Part shown: positions 34,325 to 35,687 of the stretch, one piece after another
Numbering within the stretch: position 1 is the first letter of the stretch
Layout: each line of letters begins with the position of its first letter
Notes under the pieces: generated by a model
The model's database searches: none
Seen by the model: only the letters and a program-made list of their open reading frames with translations
What the model was told of the DNA's origin: nothing
Source of the DNA: a virus
Taxonomy: Duplodnaviria > Heunggongvirae > Uroviricota > Caudoviricetes
DNA length: 35,687 nt
Direction: 5' to 3' (one strand)
Virus record (IMG/VR): IMGVR_UViG_2690315992_000010
Translations under genes and position numbers: made by a program

Positions 34325-35104
34325 ATGAAAAACATTATCGCTGCTATCGTGCTTTCTGCTACTGCTTTCGGTGCTGATGCTGCGTCCTTTGATTGCACTA
34401 AGGCTACTACCAAATCAGAGAAGTTTATTTGTGCTAACGAGTCTATCTCCGCACTGGATTCGAAACTTCATGAAGTATATGTTAAAGCTGTTAAGATTGA
34501 TCCATCTCTGAAACAAGAGCAACGCAACTGGAATAAAACTGTTCGTGATACAATGATCAATATCGGGCAGATTCAGCCACTGGAGGCTGTATACAACGCT
34601 CAAATCCAAAACTTGATGAATGTATTATCTAAAGAAGAAACCGCGTCAGAGAGCGATTCAGAGACTTCTGCGAAGGTTGAAGAAGAACAACCGAAACAGG
34701 AAGAAGTAAAGAAACTGAATGTTACCGCGATTTACGCATGTACTACAAAATTTACATGGAAAGTTATCGATGGTGAGGAAACAGAAGCTGTAAAAGATAA
34801 ACTCTACGGAAACAAAACTTTTGATAATAACGGCGGTAAACTTAAGATCAAAATGGTAGACGATGTTCCGGTATCTTTTGTGTATTCCGACAAGTATGAT
34901 GTTTATAAATCAAGTCTCAAGCCATCTAAAGAGAATCCAAACGCAATGGAAGGTAAATCCAAACAGGATACTATTGGACGTGTTAACACTTATAACATCT
35001 GGGTAAGCAAAAAAGGTGACATGCGTCTTGAAGTAATTGAACCAAAATTTGATTCTGAATATAAACACACTCAATTTGCATGTGACATGGTAGACGCAGA
35101 GTAA
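34325..35104 (+). CDS. secreted protein with DUF1311 / LprI-like N-terminal domain
   Basis: Signal peptide MKNIIAAIVLSATAFGADA; SFDCTKATTKSEKFICANESISALDSKLHEVY matches the conserved Cys-containing DUF1311 signature; AGAGG RBS. Confidence 0.55.
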   Translation: MKNIIAAIVLSATAFGADAASFDCTKATTKSEKFICANESISALDSKLHEVYVKAVKIDPSLKQEQRNWNKTVRDTMINIGQIQPLEAVYNAQIQNLMNVLSKEETASESDSETSAKVEEEQPKQEEVKKLNVTAIYACTTKFTWKVIDGEETEAVKDKLYGNKTFDNNGGKLKIKMVDDVPVSFVYSDKYDVYKSSLKPSKENPNAMEGKSKQDTIGRVNTYNIWVSKKGDMRLEVIEPKFDSEYKHTQFACDMVDAE

Positions 35105-35336
35105 GAGGTGAAATGATGCAATTCAATAGCATGAAGATTACTCAAAAATGGTGGGATGCGATGAAAGCTAACCACCAGAACGATATTAATTAAGTAACAT
35201 TTTAGATATACAGCACCCAGCTAACAGATCACCTTTTATGGATTTCATTATAACCCCTTTGATCTGGAAACTATGTTAATTAGTTGATTTCTAAGCCTTG
35301 TCCTTGTGATGGGGCTTTTTATTGCAAAATTTTTAG

Positions 35337-35687
35337 TTATTTTGGGTTGACTACATTCGGGTTGCCAATTCGCCAGGCTAACTCTTGCTGAGTGATTTCT
35401 GACTGTAAAAAAGCATTTAACAGCAATACTTTAGAGGCGACGCTCAAAGGTACTTCAATAAAGTGATCATGACTATTTAATGGCGAAGGTAACGGGATAA
35501 GCTCGTTATCTTCAAAATAAAAATCAAATGCGGTCAGTAAAGCATCTTTTGCCGCTTCCATCGCTTCAGCGACAGTTTCGCCCTGCGTCAACGCTTCAGG
35601 GATATCCACAAAAGAAACCATATAACCGCCTTCCGGCGCGGGTGTAAGAGTGACGGGATAACGCATAATTTCGACTGTCTCTCGCAT
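35337..35687 (-). CDS. hicB: HicB-family antitoxin, N-terminal domain only; C-terminal DNA-binding domain apparently truncated at junction with phage-like DNA
   Basis: MRYPVTLTPAPEGGYMVSFVDIPEALTQGETVAEAMEAAKDALLTAF... recognised as HicB N-terminal domain (recalled as near-identical to E. coli HicB; not verified). ORF ends ...ITQQELAWRIGNPNVVNPK* inside what should be the first helix of the HTH. Base composition and codon usage look more host-like here. Confidence 0.55.
   Translation of the reverse strand: MRETVEIMRYPVTLTPAPEGGYMVSFVDIPEALTQGETVAEAMEAAKDALLTAFDFYFEDNELIPLPSPLNSHDHFIEVPLSVASKVLLLNAFLQSEITQQELAWRIGNPNVVNPK

Noticed and set aside
35337-35687. Alternative that hicB is a phage-encoded toxin-antitoxin gene rather than host DNA
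   Set aside because: Base composition and codon usage shift toward host-like values exactly at the gene, and the C-terminal domain is truncated at the composition boundary; still needs a database search.
1-35687. Diversity-generating retroelement or retron associated with the fibre genes
   Set aside because: No reverse transcriptase-like ORF and no template/variable repeat pair at fibre C-termini was seen.

Overview
This window reads as most of an integrated lambda-like siphovirus (prophage) with one end abutting a host antitoxin gene. Everything here was read by eye from the sequence and ORF track: no searches were run, domain calls are from recognised motifs, and hand-placed motif coordinates may be off by 1-2 nt. 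From about 27.1 kb down to 3.5 kb the minus strand carries a near-complete late operon: GpA-type large terminase, portal, an in-frame prohead protease-scaffold-major capsid fusion, head-tail connector proteins, a long side fibre with a C-terminal intramolecular chaperone domain, a codon-optimised tail tube gene, G/T-type chaperones, tape measure, distal tail proteins, a freestanding GIY-YIG homing endonuclease, a J-like central fibre, and a small post-J cassette with an M15-family peptidoglycan peptidase. The most unusual feature is that the Nu1-like small terminase (33409-33966, with a candidate cos region just upstream) is separated from the large terminase by a ~6.3 kb island. That island holds three paralogous helix-turn-helix proteins, an Rha-type antirepressor operon, a highly codon-optimised unknown 314-aa gene, and a 1.4 kb hairpin- and repeat-dense non-coding hub with about nine GGGGCAA iterons, promoters overlapping TTGACAA/TTGTCAA palindromes, and attenuators. 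The left 3.4 kb (plus strand) encodes small unknown proteins, a secreted protein and a 564-aa large serine recombinase. The right edge (35337-35687) encodes the N-terminal domain of a HicB-family antitoxin whose C-terminal DNA-binding helix appears cut off where AT-rich phage-like DNA begins, suggesting insertion into hicB. No rRNA, tRNA or CRISPR array was seen.
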